A stretch of 64,000 bases of DNA from Phoronis australis (taxonomy: Eukaryota; Animalia; Phoronida): NCBI GenBank assembly GCA_002633005.1, contig NMRA01000039.1, forward strand, positions 1,158,335 through 1,222,334. Direction: 5' to 3'. The notes under the pieces are model-generated. The model made no database searches. It was not told the origin of the DNA and saw nothing but the letters and a program-made list of their open reading frames with translations. This document shows positions 1 through 14,300 of this stretch, one piece after another. Position numbers and translations under genes: made by a program. Each line of letters starts with the position of its first letter. Position 1 is the first letter of the stretch.

Positions 1-3000
1 CTGGTGTGACTGGTGCTACCCAGCAGCCTAGTTACTAAACTCATTAAACCAGAACTTTCCGAGAAAATTGCATTGTTTTGTGAACAGGGATGCAGCGTGT
101 TGGGGCGGATTCACAATGTGTGTTGCTGATTCTTGCATGTATGGCCTACTGATAAATGGTCAAGGGACAGCGCTAAAACCCCCCATCTCTCACAGTCCAT
201 TGTAGCTCTATAGTCTTGATTTCCACGATGAAATGCGTTTGCAATGCACCGGGATTTGTTTTCTTTGAGGGTGTTCACGCGATGAATTGGTAATCGCTCG
301 GCGAAATGGCAAAACATTGATCCATGTGCTGTTTAGTGTTTCCTGCAACTTGTAAACTAAGTTTTCAGTTTCAAAACTCATCTTGTTCTGTTCCTGTGGT
401 CACTCGACTTGGTTGTTTGAGGATATTTTTAGACGTTGGTGTATCCACTGATAATTGGATAGTCCATCCATGCTGTCTCTTCACTTTTCGCTTCTCTTAG
501 GGCAATGTTTTAAATGTCAGCATGCCCCTCGCTGTTTGTTTTCACTTATTAATAAATTACCTCTTCACATGTGTGTACCACATGGGACATGCCCAGAGTC
601 TGCCTGCTAACGTGTGCGTTTGAATGGGAATCTCCCCAGAAAACTTTCTCACAAAAGATATTGCGACTTGTCAGTTAAGACCCGGTGATTGGCACACTCA
701 CAGTCAGTCATGTATCTGCCCGTTATTGTTCATGTACAAGGATTTACAGAATACCTGGTGGGTAACCTTTGCTTTTGGCATTTCCTCTTGCTTGGAAACT
801 TGCACCTCGGGCCATCTTAACTGGAGCCTCATTTACTGAATGCGAATTTAAAAATTTTTGTTTGCTCACCTCGCTAAACACCACTTCAAGGTCCGTGATT
901 TTCTGCTGCTTACTGATTTTATTTTGCAAAAAACTTGTTGATAATTTTAAACGTTTAAGCGCTAAAATATAACTTATGGTTTTCTAGTAAATTGAGGTGG
1001 CAAAGGGCAGTGTATGATCAAATACAGAAATTAAAGATTTGGTCAATCAAGTCAGAATCGGGAAGACTCTCTGCCTTGCCTTCTGATTGGCTCCTAAACA
1101 CTAACATCAAAATGAAGTCCCGTCCAGTAAAAATCCCAGAAATGATGCTGAAATGTTTCTGACCATGATTGGATTTAGTTTTCATTGCTACAAAGACTAT
1201 GCACAGCTTCAGCGAGTCTAATAACAAACTCATCACTAAGTTGCAAGCAGGCGAGCGCTTCCCGAAACATGACCGCTTCATTTCAAGCGCAACTGATCTC
1301 TGACATTCCAACTGAATGTTGAAACAGATTACAGTGTGATGGCGAGGAAGTGTTTCAGGCTAATTAGCATATTTCTTGATTTTGCTTTTTTGTTCTAAAG
1401 GGAATGGAATAACAGCTTTATTGGCTCTCGGGTAACCTCTGTAGCCTCCCGAAAATTTCTCATAAAACTAACTTGACATTTTGACAGTTTCCAGAGGTTT
1501 ACCACATTTCTGCAGCGCAATGGGTGGCAACTGTTGATTGGAACTGCTTTAAATTTTGTTGACAAATTTGACAAGATCAAGTACCACCTCTCTGTCAAAC
1601 TAAATTGAAGAAACTTCTGTATGTGAATTGAAAAGTTTCGAAGGTGTGAGTGTCGGGTGAATTAGATACTCCGGTAATGACCTTTCCCTCAATGGGGGAT
1701 GTGTTGTCTGGCATTTGCAAGAAAAAACAACGGAATGTGCCCAGCTCTCATGAAAGGTCGTTCATTCATTGATAAAAGTTAATTGAGACGGCTTGTGTGC
1801 TTGTGTTAAGTCCGCTCATGTTGGTGAGTAGGCAAGACAGTGCTGATTAATAGTTTGCATTAAAGATCTGAGTCGTTGTGAGAACAGTTCTTTATGAGGC
1901 ATGAGGCGAGGCGAGAAAGCTTTTCTTAGAACATGATTTTATTTTAATAGGTCTCCTTGACATTGGGGGGTACTTCTTGTACACAGGTGGAAGGTAATTA
2001 TTATACATAGGTGAGAGGTACTTGCACAGGTCGTATATTTGGGATATTCCATGCAAATGAAACAAATGGTTTCTGGCAGCTAGATTCCTTATAAAAGAGT
2101 ACATTTTCTCATTGAGTTCTCTATGAAAAGGTTCGCTTCATGGCTTAAGAAGTATTCAAAAGATCCCGCTTTTGTAACCCAATCCTGAGGAAGGATTTTG
2201 TATTCCATAAAGTGCTGGGTTAAAAAGATTAGTTCAAAGCGTTTTTTTTTTTAAAATGACAAAGCAATATTGCTTGAGAGTTATGTAATGGTAACTTTAT
2301 CTATAAAAACGTGACTTTTTCGAGGAAAGGCTGATATGGGTGGTCCCCATTTAATTCTGCTGTCTAAATAACTGGATTTATGTCATGCTGTTCCTGATAC
2401 AGTGACCATCCTAACTGCACACCTCTCATCAAAACTAGTGCCGTGCCAGAAGATTTGCTTGACATTATGTACTTTGAACAGAGGCCTAGGTAGCCATGCG
2501 ATGAGAGGGTCAGCAATGACATTATTGATAGTTTGCTCTGTGAACAAAAGATGGGGTGACCGCTAAATTAATTTCCATGCGGGTGATACATTATAATCAG
2601 CTGACTTGATTTTCATGACCGGTCACATACAGTTGTTCTGCTGCAGAATTATGCACTCGCGTTTTGTAGTTCTGGTTTTGACTGCCCTAGTATGCTTCTT
2701 AAGATTTCAGATTTAAGTTATATTTCCCAATTAGGGTAAAATTCGGACACATAGATTTTATATTGGTCAAATTTCTCTCCAAAAATAATTGGTGTAAGAA
2801 GTTTTCACTTTGTTGTCAACACGCTGTGTATGGCACAGATGTCGCATAAAAGCGTGCATCATAGGGGCACATGCCCCACTGTTGTATAGTTCTGTCGTCC
2901 ATACTAATGACTACATTATATTAAATTTAATTTACTATTTGTCATTCTGATGTGATTTAAACTTTGACAATTGGATAGCAAGTTGCAGCGCAGTCACGAA

Positions 3001-4644
3001 AAATTTGTTGTCTGACTGCTCAGGCAATGTGTATTACATGCCGTCGAAAACTAGGCCAATCACGCAGTGCGTCTCTCTGACTCGACAAAGGAAGGGAAAT
3101 GATTTGGCGTGGGAATTATTTTTGTGGCAAACTGAAGACGTTTTACAGCAATCATGAATATTTAGTGATTTCGCAGAACTCCATGTATCGAAATGTGCAC
3201 ATTGCATTACTGTTGTAGTGGCTTTGTTGCATGTACAGTATAAGAAAAAAGTAATCCAACAAAATACCATTTCCAAGTAACGACGGCCAATTCTGTGAAC
3301 ACCAAAAATGACTGGTAATAATTATTCGTGTGACAAAATTCAAATTACAGAATGACTTAGTCATCTTGCTAACTGCCACTTCATTCTCGGTCATGAGGGA
3401 AGACCACTTTGGTGATGAATTCGGTTTCCCCTCAGACATCGTGACTGGGAATTCAGGGTCATTTTGTCCGAATACTTTTGGAGTGTACTGTAGGCGATTT
3501 CTGCATGCCTCGCTTAGATTCTGCTGGCAAAGAGTCAGGTGTGCTTAGCGTCTTACTGATAATCCTACTGTGGTACTGAGAGAACTATGATGTTGTGAGG
3601 GGTGAGCCTAATCATTACGTTGAAGGGATAACAGTGATTCTATTCCCAGGATGGTATGCTGTTGTCATGTTTTGTCTTTTTATCCTTTTTGGGACGTTGG
3701 CGCCTTTGTACTTCAACCCTTTCCAGAACTGTTGAGTGGCACTGAAACTTTGGTGACAACTGAATAGAAATGAGAATGATCACATACACACTTATGATTG
3801 ACTAGTGAACAACATTTGTCACTAATGATTGTCAGGTGAATAACATTTGCGTAGAGCCTGTCCAGTAGGTTTATGTAGGTACCAGTGCCAAAAATCTCTC
3901 AAAACGTTGTTTGTCAGTATGGCATAGAATTTGAAAAGGACCAAGCGTTTATTTGATGATATTTATCTTTTGTGAAAGAAATGAGGAAATGAAATTTCTC
4001 CTGTCAGTCTTACTGTGTCCTAAATTGGTGAGATCTTACCCTACTAAATTTATGTCCTGTTTATTGGAAACATGCCTTGGCTGTTGACATAGCCCTGGTA
4101 CTTGGTTGCGCTGAATCTGAGGAAACTCCCAGGTATATACACCCCAGAGTCACCACTGATTCTCAGCACATGCTGGATAGGGCTATTTTTGATCACAGCA
4201 GGTAATAACCTACACATATACACACAGGCAGGCACACAGGCTTTCACACAAGCCAAGCAAACAGGCCTTCTCACACAGACTTGGGAGTCAGTGGCTGGTT
4301 GTTATTATTGATGATGATTAGGAAAGAGCTGGTGCTGAACTGTGAGTGATTTCTGCCCTCCACTGGCATCTCAGACCACAGAGAGAGAGAGAGTGGAAGA
4401 AAGAGAAACTAGGGATATATATGGAAACTTAGTGTCTTCAATCACGCGGGCAATGCATCTGTCATCCTTGATCTAGCTGCCAAGGTCTGGTTTTCTACCC
4501 TAGGTGATTTTGGATTGCGCGATCATACACCTGTCATATTGGACTACCTATCTCTCCACAAGCCCTACAGCTGGCTGCGGATTCTTGCAGCCATTGCGGA
4601 TTTTTGCGCCACTATTCAATCCGGTCTCTGTGACGACCTTCTCC

Positions 4645-4674
4645 ATGAGTCGTCCTCCCGGTATTCGCCAGCAG
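4645..4674 (+). CDS. CACNB: Candidate alternative first coding exon (MSRPPGIRQQ)
   Basis: ccATG...CAGCAG|gtttgt, phase 0, ends in an IRQ-like motif; possible upstream acceptor ttttctaccctag| at 4503. Confidence 0.45.
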
Positions 4675-7600
4675 GTTTGTAGCTCGAGGGTTGTCACCCT
4701 CTGTTGGTGTTACATGTTCTTGTTTAACATTGGTAGTTAAGTGGGGTGCAGTCTACACCACCTTCCAGGTTGGGTAACCCCACTCTGATTTTTGCTGCTA
4801 GATGGGGTGCCACCTCGGTTGTAGCTCTGGAAAGACCAAATACTGTCAGATCTCACCTATTAAGGACGCAATACAGCGTACTAGTGACATTTCATTTCAT
4901 ACTTAGCACAAGGTAAAAGTTTCACAAGGTGCCGCACAGACCATCGGACGATGTTTCCAGAAATTCTGAGCATTCACGAAAATGTTACGGCATTTGAAAA
5001 TTGAAGGACAATTTTGGCTATTGTTTTTGCCTGGTGTTGGTGATATTTCAGGGTACCACCAGATAATAGATCTCTTTTTTGACTACCTTTGGGACAGTTT
5101 TAGGTTCTTTTGTTTTTAAGATAAGTTAGCGTGTAACTGCTGGAAGTGGAAAGTACTGTACTGTAAGCTGGTGATCTGTTCTTGACAAAGGCTATTTTTA
5201 CGTAGGTATCAAACTTCTCCAGTGTTTTTGTTAGCTGTTTTGTGTCTGTCTTAGAGTTATGCTTTGAAATGTCTCACAGTGGAAAGTTTTATGTTAATCT
5301 GCCAGCTATAACCAAGACCAGCCAACATGGGTTTGAAGTGAAAGTTTGCACCATGTTTTTCTGAACTATACATCAGCCTCTTGCAACCATTACTTGAATA
5401 GCAGGCTGCTGTAATGGTAAAGTGGCCCAGTTCAAGGTTTTGTAATTTCTGCCGCAACTTGTTTGTATATTTTGCCAAAAATGTTACTTGTACTTTTATT
5501 GAAGTCAACATTTATGTGTGATCAGGACCAGTAATATACTATGATGTAAAAAGGAATTCTTTGTGATAGGCCTTTGTTATTGAAATACAACACATGATTT
5601 GTTTTAAATGGTTTTCCGATTACTAGGTTTGGTCAGTTCTTCAGTACGGTGTTTGAGAGATAGGCTCTCTCTTTCATTATCTCATGTTTGTCTCTCTTTG
5701 TGATGTGCTGGCCCGCCTTTGTCACCCCCCCCCCCATTCCGAGAACATGTTAACAGTAGATTTATTTCCATTTCCTGTTTTGAGAATCTCTGTCAAGTGT
5801 CAACTGATTTTGGAAAAGCATTTTCTACTCTATATACGTCCTACATGCTTTGACAGTCTCTGGCTTATTTAGTTGGTAAATATTTCCACATCATAGGCAC
5901 ACTCACACTAGATTGCAAACAATGCACGGCAGCCACCCACTACTGCGATCAATACCATTGACCGTCTTTGGTTGACACTGTTCGCACTGTCACTATCACT
6001 TTGTACCATGTTCATCGACTTGCATAATTGATACAATCAGCGAGAGAGCTAGAGAGAGGTCTGGAATCTAGGCGAGCTCATCGTATTGTGATCCGGATTC
6101 ACAACGCTGCCAGTGGCAATGACTGCTGTATCTATTGATTTTTAATGGCTGCCGTTGCTCGGCAAACTAGGTCGCCTCTCTCTCCGCTATAACTGTGACC
6201 CGAAGCCTCTGCCTGGTCAATATGTTTCTGCATGCCATATGATTGCACTGAATGCATTGCATGCTTTGCTAAGAAAAAAATGCTGGTGTCGTATGGTAGT
6301 CGATTACATGAGCTTCATGCCAGTATACAGTACATGCCTGTTTCACCGTCAGACCAACGTGCTTTGTTGGATTAGCCCTCATACATTAACCATGGGGATT
6401 TGGTGACTGTGAAGTGCTTAATCCAAAACATGAAATTTATCAACTAGTTATTCAATTTTTGTCAGGTATGCCATGGGTGGTAGCTATATGGGTGATGTTG
6501 TTAAACTCCTCTGTAGTTAATACTGTACGCTGTTTCCACATTTGTGTAGTGCGACCAGTTGAGTGATGAAGGCTTACAACATTTTGTGGTTTCGATAAAA
6601 TTGACAATTTCAATTCATAGTAGTATCCATGAACTTCTAACTGCAGTGAAAACTGTTTTGAAAATCATGGGCGGGTTGGCTTAAAATTTTAGCGCGGGGG
6701 GGGGGCTCAAAATTTAAGCCTGCTAACAAAAACATTTGGCAACCTGGCTGTAAAACTTGAGTGTGAAAGTGTACTAGTTGATGACAGACTTGAAATATTT
6801 GAATTTAGAACCATGGAGATTAATGGTTAGTGCGAAAACTAGGAGTTTCAGAATTGCTATGGCTTGTCAGTTGCTGGACTGATTTGCAACTTTTATGGAA
6901 CTGTTTTAAGCTTAGTTATGAAATGGACTTGTCTACACGATCTGCATTCACCTATTCTATACAGAAAAAAATCTCAAAAACCTAGAGAAATTACAAAAGT
7001 AAGACATTTTGTTAACTTTGCCACTGTGCCCACGCCGGTTGCTTCTGCATTCCAATAGGACTTTACCCAAATGACATCAGGTGGCCATATTTTCCCAATT
7101 ATTATGGAAGGTCAGTCGAGCTCTATTTTTGGATGAGTTTGCATCACAGGTAAACATCTTGCGGTCTTCAAGATGAGTTGAGCCTGCCTAAGGAGTTATT
7201 AGTTGTATTAATTATTTCTCCTCACATCAGTGGATGCAGAAAGCAATCTACCTATTGTTTAGATTAGAAATTTATGTAAACTTTACCTGCTGAGCATTTT
7301 ACTGGCACGGTATGTCTGATGAAGCTTAGTTCCCTGCGTGTGAACATGGTGGTGTTACGTAGAGTAAACTGTGAACTAGAAATACTAAGTGTGCTAAAAT
7401 CTAACTAGGTTAGGACACAAAACTTTGGACAATAGAATTGTTTTTCTCAAAAGCCATGTTGCAACTTAAGTTATGCTTCTCCTTGTTAAAATTCCGTTAA
7501 GGTTATCGTTAGAAAATATTTTGAAAAGTTGTGGTCATTCACAACATCGTAAGAAGACCTTGAAAAACAAAAAAGGTAATTTTGGCTGCGTAGTTGATTC

Positions 7601-10600
7601 AGGACTCGGTGGTACGACGAATCTTAAGTGAGATGGTATGTTACATTTGTGATTGAAAACACTATGCAGTTGTTGCGGAAACAAAATTAATGTTGAGATG
7701 GTGATTTTCCGTTTTCAAAAATGGGTCTGTTTTGGCAAGCGTAAAATTTTGTAAATCAAATTTCGTGTTACTGTTTCAAGGTGATGAGTGACAAACCGAT
7801 CTGGGAATTGGCGTTCTTTTTCTCCTGAGCTGTAATGCAGATCCAATTTACCGACAACTTGCCGCACGCCATGTTTGTGCATTTCAATACCAGAAAAGAT
7901 CATCACCATCTTCAGAAGGAATTACCGAATACTTTAACATGACTACTGCAAAAGGATCATCCATCAATTTGTGGCCAGAGTTGAATGTGATGGATTTTAT
8001 TATGTTTCGGTAATTAAAAACCATGAATATTAGAATTGTGGTAGCGGCTACTGAAATATTAGACTTCTATTTCAATCCTCTAATTCTGCGAAAGAAGTCA
8101 GATTTCTCAAGTTCTGTACCAACAGCTACCAACAGACAATTTTTTGGAAAATTGTGGGCCCTCACAGCACTGTTAGAAACCCTTGAAAATGAAAAATCAC
8201 AGTTTTGGCTACCATTTTTATCCTAAATTGGCGAGGTTTTACTGCAGTTAAGAACAGTATTGTAGAAACATAAGTAGAAGGATGTATTTACCATCAGATT
8301 TGTTGTTCCTGGCTTTGTCTTATAGATATGTATGTGTATTGCAGCTTAGTGCTTCTGGTTAGTGCTATGTCTAATTTAGGCAAGGAACGTCTGTGTACCA
8401 ATGTTCTGCAGGTAAGGTGGAGTTTCGGTTGAATTGGCTTCCGTGTGTGAGTGGCAGCGTTGACGTGGGCGTCTAATCCATAGATAATTGTTCCTGGAAT
8501 CGTTACTAAAAAAAAGGCACGTGAGGCACTGCCAGCCAATTTGAGACGTTTATCTTGCGTGGACTACGTCAGTTGCCCTCATGTTGCAATCTTAGTCTTC
8601 ATGTTTAAAGATGTATGACGCAAAGTTGATGTTACATAATCAGATCATTGGCTGGATGCAGGTGGCTCTACAGCTTGTTAGCGTATTTCAGGAGCCTGCT
8701 CGTTCTATTTGGAGCAGGTTAGGTTAGAAAACAGCAACGACATCCAATTGTTATTGTCCCAGGTTGGCTGATGAAGTTTCCCGTCTCCTATGGCTGTGCA
8801 GTTGGCTTGACTCCTCTTGGCTCATCTGCCCAGTGGTCACTGTTTTCTCATCTGCCCAGTGGTCACTGTTTTCTCGTTTCTTTTTTATCCACAGTTTGAT
8901 TGTCCAGTTTTGTTTTTAGATGAAACGCAAATTATGATAAGCATAGCTCGTCATCTGTTCATACCTTAATAGTAATGATGGTAATACAATTGCCACACCC
9001 AAAAAGACCGTTGGGGGCATCAGCAAGTGAAAGATGGTTGAAATGTACCGCCTGCCCCATGATTGTATTGATTACTTGACTTTGGTAAGGTTTTCTCTCG
9101 ATACTGAACATACAGCTGTTGAAGTCTTTCAAACAATATTAAGATCACTGACATATTTAACTGCACTATTTAAAAATACCCTAGTGGATTACAATATTTT
9201 CAACCCAGATTTAATGTCTCTTTATGTAACCGCATTATGTTCACATTCATTGCTATTTGAAAATATTGGTTTGAATAGTGCAGCCAGTTACATGACTTAA
9301 TAGCTCATTCAAGGTAAATGCACACCTGTATTCAATGTTATTTAAAAACATTTGTCCTGTGGATTACATGGCTTTACCAAGGTTTTCATCCTAATAACTC
9401 TCCCAACATAAATACAGTTTATACATTCTGTGAAAACACTTTCTAAATAGAACTCTGCTGTTGGACATTTTTTGTTAATTCATTATGGAATGCAAAACTT
9501 GAAAGTTTGTCTCGAATTGCCTGGAGTCAGTGTAAATGTAGGCTCTGGCCTTTGTTGAAACACCATTTCCTTTGTGGATCCTAGCAGACCTGGCTGCAAG
9601 CCAATGTTTATTCAAAACACTGACATTTATTAGTCTACCTGAGCAGTGCGTGTTCACCTGTAGCACAGTTGACTGGAGCGTTTTCTTAATTCACTCTCTG
9701 GTGCTGGACAGGTTTTGGAGGCGGTGTTTGTGCTGTTTACTTTTGTCAAAATGTTGACTCTGACGCTGTCTAGTGCTGATTCAACTGACCTGACTTTGAA
9801 TGGGTCGTGTAGTGACATGAGAGCATGAAACCTAGATTGGTCTACATGTTTTTTCCCACTAAATTGCCTAGGGAAAGCCAGCTATTATGAGTGTTTGTAT
9901 TGCTTAGATGCACCTGTCATTGTTTTTTTATTGAACTGGAGTTTGCCACAAGACAAGACCAAGACAATGCTGTCATCAACTTTGGGAGTGTTCACAAACC
10001 TCTGACAGAGGTTCCAACGGCTGGCCGTGTGTCCGCATGTGTTTTGTGTGCGTGAGATTGATTGCTCACTCTTAGCATAGTGCGATACAAGGTTAATTGC
10101 TTGGGGCCGCAGCGCAGGTCCCGCGAGATTTCCGTGCAACGTTTCCAGCAGTTAATTTTAGCAGAAGTCAATGGTGAATCCCTTGAAAGTGTGGCGCCGT
10201 TATGTAGCGCATGCGTAGGACGGACTTTTGTTGCCATCTGAGCCTAATTTCAAGACAGTGCTGAATTTTTTAGGCCGTTTATTATCAGGAGAAGAGGTTG
10301 GTTTAATTAAGACTTGGTCAACCTGTACTGTTGAGTGATGAGCAATTAGCTGTTCAATTATTATCTGAAGGTCCTTTTGTGTGTCCAGTGGCTGAAGTGA
10401 CACTGGCGTGTGGTCTGCGCATTGCACTTGTATCAGAGACTGTCGTGGTGTTGCGGCCAACATCGTCCAATCCACAGTGTATTGATTGTACCTTGTCACC
10501 ACCGCCAGCGTTTTCTCCCCAACAGTCAACTAAAGTTGGCGCAATCGAGAGCATGGAATTTCTGTTGACCACTGTTCCGTCAGGAGCATCCCGCATCTGC

Positions 10601-10932
10601 CTATATGGTGACGTAGACGAAGAGAGATAGGAAGATAGGGGCAAGTGCAATTAAACAGAGTATTTATCATTGCTGTGGGTGAGAGCCATCACATAATCAC
10701 TTGGGCTGTGATAGACGTTGGTCTCCACTGTCGCTGTTGTAGAGTGGTGTTAAATACGGGTAGTGGTTTTTGGTCATTTTTATCCGGTTGCTTCCCTCGG
10801 GATTAAGTCGCTGTGAATAGTGGATATCCATTTGAGACATCATCGGAACTCGGGTAATCGTAGGGCATGTTGGAGTCGTGTGACGAAGGGTGAGGCTGAC
10901 CCACGTGGTGCTGGCAAGCTTGTTGTGCACAG

Positions 10933-11178
10933 GCATCACAGATGCTTATTCCAGATAAACAAGGGATGTACAACAGCGGTTATATTGACGACGAATCACA
11001 CGAGGCGACCGACCGACGAAAAAGGCCAAGAAATATTGATGGCTCACAAGTCGCCTTTGTTCACAGGCCAGCCAATAGGACAAGATACATTTCTCATGTG
11101 ACAAGACAAAGCACCTGGCCAGCTTCGTCGGTGAACTCGTTATCAAGTAACCACACGAGTGCCGAGTTTATCAAGCAG
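10933..11178 (+). CDS. CACNB: Probable Cav-beta N-terminal exon ((ASQ)MLIPDKQGMYNSGYIDDESHEATDRRKRPR...SSVNSLSSNHTSAEFIKQ)
   Basis: Ends CAG|gttggt in phase 0. SS..TSAEFIKQ resembles the Ser-rich ..NSFVRQ segment that precedes GSADS in Cav-beta proteins. It is either a first exon (ATG 10942, in-frame stop at 10897) or an internal exon via the ttgttgtgcacag| acceptor at 10932. Confidence 0.7.
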
Positions 11179-11343
11179 GTTGGTATTTTAGTATCCTGTT
11201 TTATTTACTAGCCACACCAGGTTTTGTTCTGCCGAGTTCGTCAAATGGGTTTAGGTGCTTTTGTATCCTGTTTTATTTACGAGTTGCACCAGGACTTGTG
11301 CTGCCGAGTTAACTCAAGCAGGTTTGTTCACTTCTATCCTGTT
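11161..11343 (+). repeat. ~70-bp degenerate triplication spanning the exon end and donor site
   Basis: gccgagtt...caagcaggtt...tatcctgtt occurs at 11161, 11231 and 11303. Confidence 0.85.
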
Positions 11344-14300
11344 GTGTCATTTCAGTTTGTTAGATATACCAGCATTATTCCATGCTGGTCTAGTTACACA
11401 GTGAATTTTCATGGCTTTAATGTCTATTCTAATTTTGTGGCAGAGGAGATTGAATCGTCCATCATTTGCACTATACAATGCACAGTCAAGTAACACTCAA
11501 GAAAATAAAGTAACAAGAGATCAGCTTTTATACCAAATGTAACAAAACGTGTGTGCTTAGAAATTAAACTTTCAGAATTCGAGGGCAGGGTATGGACTGT
11601 ACATGACCGTCAACTGAACAGATACAAGCTGCAGTTTGGCTTCTTGCTACAAATGTCAAGATTGCTCACTAGCAATAAGTGGTGTCATTCACTGTCTAAT
11701 CTTTTGTGCGCGCGTGCCCATGCGCACGCACACGCACGCACGCAAGCACACACACAACCACACAGATAGGTAGCCACCATTACTTGTTCCGCAATATTTT
11801 ATTTAGTAATTTTACTTGTGATATTAGACACGGGTGAGTGATAGTTCATGTGTATGTCAATGACACAGGTCACAAACTTTCTAAAGCTGGAGTGTGTTTT
11901 GTTTTGTTATGAGCGGTTGTAAGTCCAGTCTTAGCTAAGACAGTCAGAACTTTGATTTTAATTTGCGCACTGTTCATTTACTTGACTGTGCTAAGGTGGT
12001 TGTTCAGAACGAGAATGAAAAATTAATAACTATATACCTGTTGCAACATTTTGGGTATTTTAAAAAAACACAGTGTCGTGTTTGTAAATTTTTGCCAGTG
12101 TCTTTCTTAGTTAAGACTGATGCTAGGACTCTTTGATAATACTGGCTCCTTGTTTCTTTTGTTGAAAATCCAAAGTGGTTACCATGCACTTTACTTTGGT
12201 AGTGATGAAATTTTTTTCTTTTTATTTTAACACTTAGAGAAAGCTCTCAACTTTGGCTATGACAGTTAAGTTTGGTTTAATTCTTTTCATCATCTTTATG
12301 TGGATGACAGTTGCGCATATTAAATGGTATCTTTAGGGTTATGGACTACAGAGCCCGATTTTCCATGATGATCTAAAGTGGACATAGTTCACAAAATCTG
12401 ACTTCTTTCAGGGAATTCAGAGATTTTAATCAGAATTTTGATATTTCAGTAGCAGATACCGTGATACGAACGTCTTCAGTTTTCAATTACAGAACAAAAT
12501 ATTATCCATCCAATTCAACATATTGTGTCCTCAAATTGAATATTGCGGTTACGGTAGTCATGTTCAAGTAATTGTTTATTCTGAAAGTGATGCTGTAAAA
12601 CAGTATTTAATAACGTACGACATGAAGACACAAATTTCATGTTTGCTAGAACAGATTTCTCTGTTTTTGAAAATAGAAAACCACGGTCTGTTCTTATGGT
12701 GAAGCCTTGGAAATCTGGAACATGCTGGATTATTCTTGTGCATGTGTTTCGTTGTTTGAAGATAAATTCCAATCATGTGTATCATAAAACCACTGGTAAT
12801 GGCCCATGCATTGTACTGTACAGTGTGAAATGCCAGTGTGTGCCAATAGGGGCAACGGAAGTTTCGGAACTTTCTAGTATTCATGAATCGCATGGGGATA
12901 TGACCGTTTGTGAAATTAGTACTGTGTACTTATTTTCCTGAAATATTTCTGGGATATCACAATACATGGGAACGGCACTATTGAGGTGTACCAACTACTG
13001 GAGGTCACATGAACAGTGATAAGCTAGCAAAATTTACTTTAGTAGAGTGTATGAATTAATGGCAGAATTCAACCTGACACTAATGTCTAGGAGTTCATAA
13101 CAAATTGCTCCTTTGTGTTTCCTGACTATGTGGCACGAAGCATAAATCATAATGTAACCAGGACTAGACCCTGTGGGTTGGTTCTCCACAATCAAAATTA
13201 ACATGGTGGTGGACAGATACCTTTGAGGAAAGCGGGGGGGGGGGTATATTCCGTNAGCCTGTTCTTGCTGCAGCAAAAAAAATGCTCGCTTGTCAAACGG
13301 AAAAAATGAATTCTTTCACTTAAGTGCTGTCCCATAATTCAACATTCCAATCCCACTGAAGAGTCACTTCAGCAGCCGCCATTTTGCTAGGTTACACTAA
13401 TAGGGTCTCTGAGTATACTGGCGAAATGAGTATACTGGCGAAACACTCGCTTTTCACTTGCATGGTCTCGCGTAATCTTTCTGTTCTGGTTAGAGACTTG
13501 GGGGTGTTGGCACACTTGCCAGTTAAAGGATACAGTAAGTGCTGCTTTATACCTATTTGTCAAAACAACGTTGTTATAATTTAGGTCAATTACGGTTATA
13601 GCATTGTCTCAACTTGCTGGTTTCTCAAATTAAAAAACTAATTTTTGTGTTTGGGAAGACCAGTTGGCAATAGTGACAGGGGTTGTGTATTTTGAGGTTG
13701 TGTACGACCTTATTGAATTGTTGGAATATTTACGCAAGTATCTACAATACTATAGATTTAAACTCAGTAAAATTATATATTTCTGAAAGTAGAATTTGAT
13801 TTTTAACTTTATATCAATCTGCCAGCAATTGGGTCATGTGACCATGCCATTTTAGTAAAATTTAGCAAACAAGCAATTTCATTGGTATCAATAACACGAC
13901 CAAATTCCATTCAGAATAGATGATGAAGAAGAAATCTCAAAAAGGCTGTTACAGTTTTCTAAATTTACATTGCAACTATTGATTTTTTTGCATAAAAATG
14001 ATGTAAGTCCTATTTTTGATAGTGCCTCCTACAAAAGTGGAAACTTAAGCCAATTCCTAACAGCGTTTTGGAGAGCAGTGTACGAGGCATGGTATCTGAA
14101 AGTGTTATGTGAATCCGATCAACCATTTCTGAGATATGACGTTCTGAATTTTGCTAAATTCGGAATTTTTCGAGGGTTCTGCATAACCTTGAGACCCTTG
14201 ATGCCTGTTATTCAGTGGAGAAAACTGGTTGTCAAAAATGCGGGACATCCCCACCTATGAGTAATTTGTCACTGCTTCAAACCCAGGCTCAATAAGTTGG

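Noticed and set aside
6145-6200. MAAVARQT as a first exon
   Set aside because: Weak donor (gtcgcc) in phase 2, incompatible with exon A; only speculative pairing with the 11067 acceptor.
13233-13255. Poly-G tract next to an N (and poly-C with N at 56770) as G-quadruplex elements
   Set aside because: Homopolymers at contig breaks have unreliable lengths; the one at 56770 lies within a MITE-like repeat.
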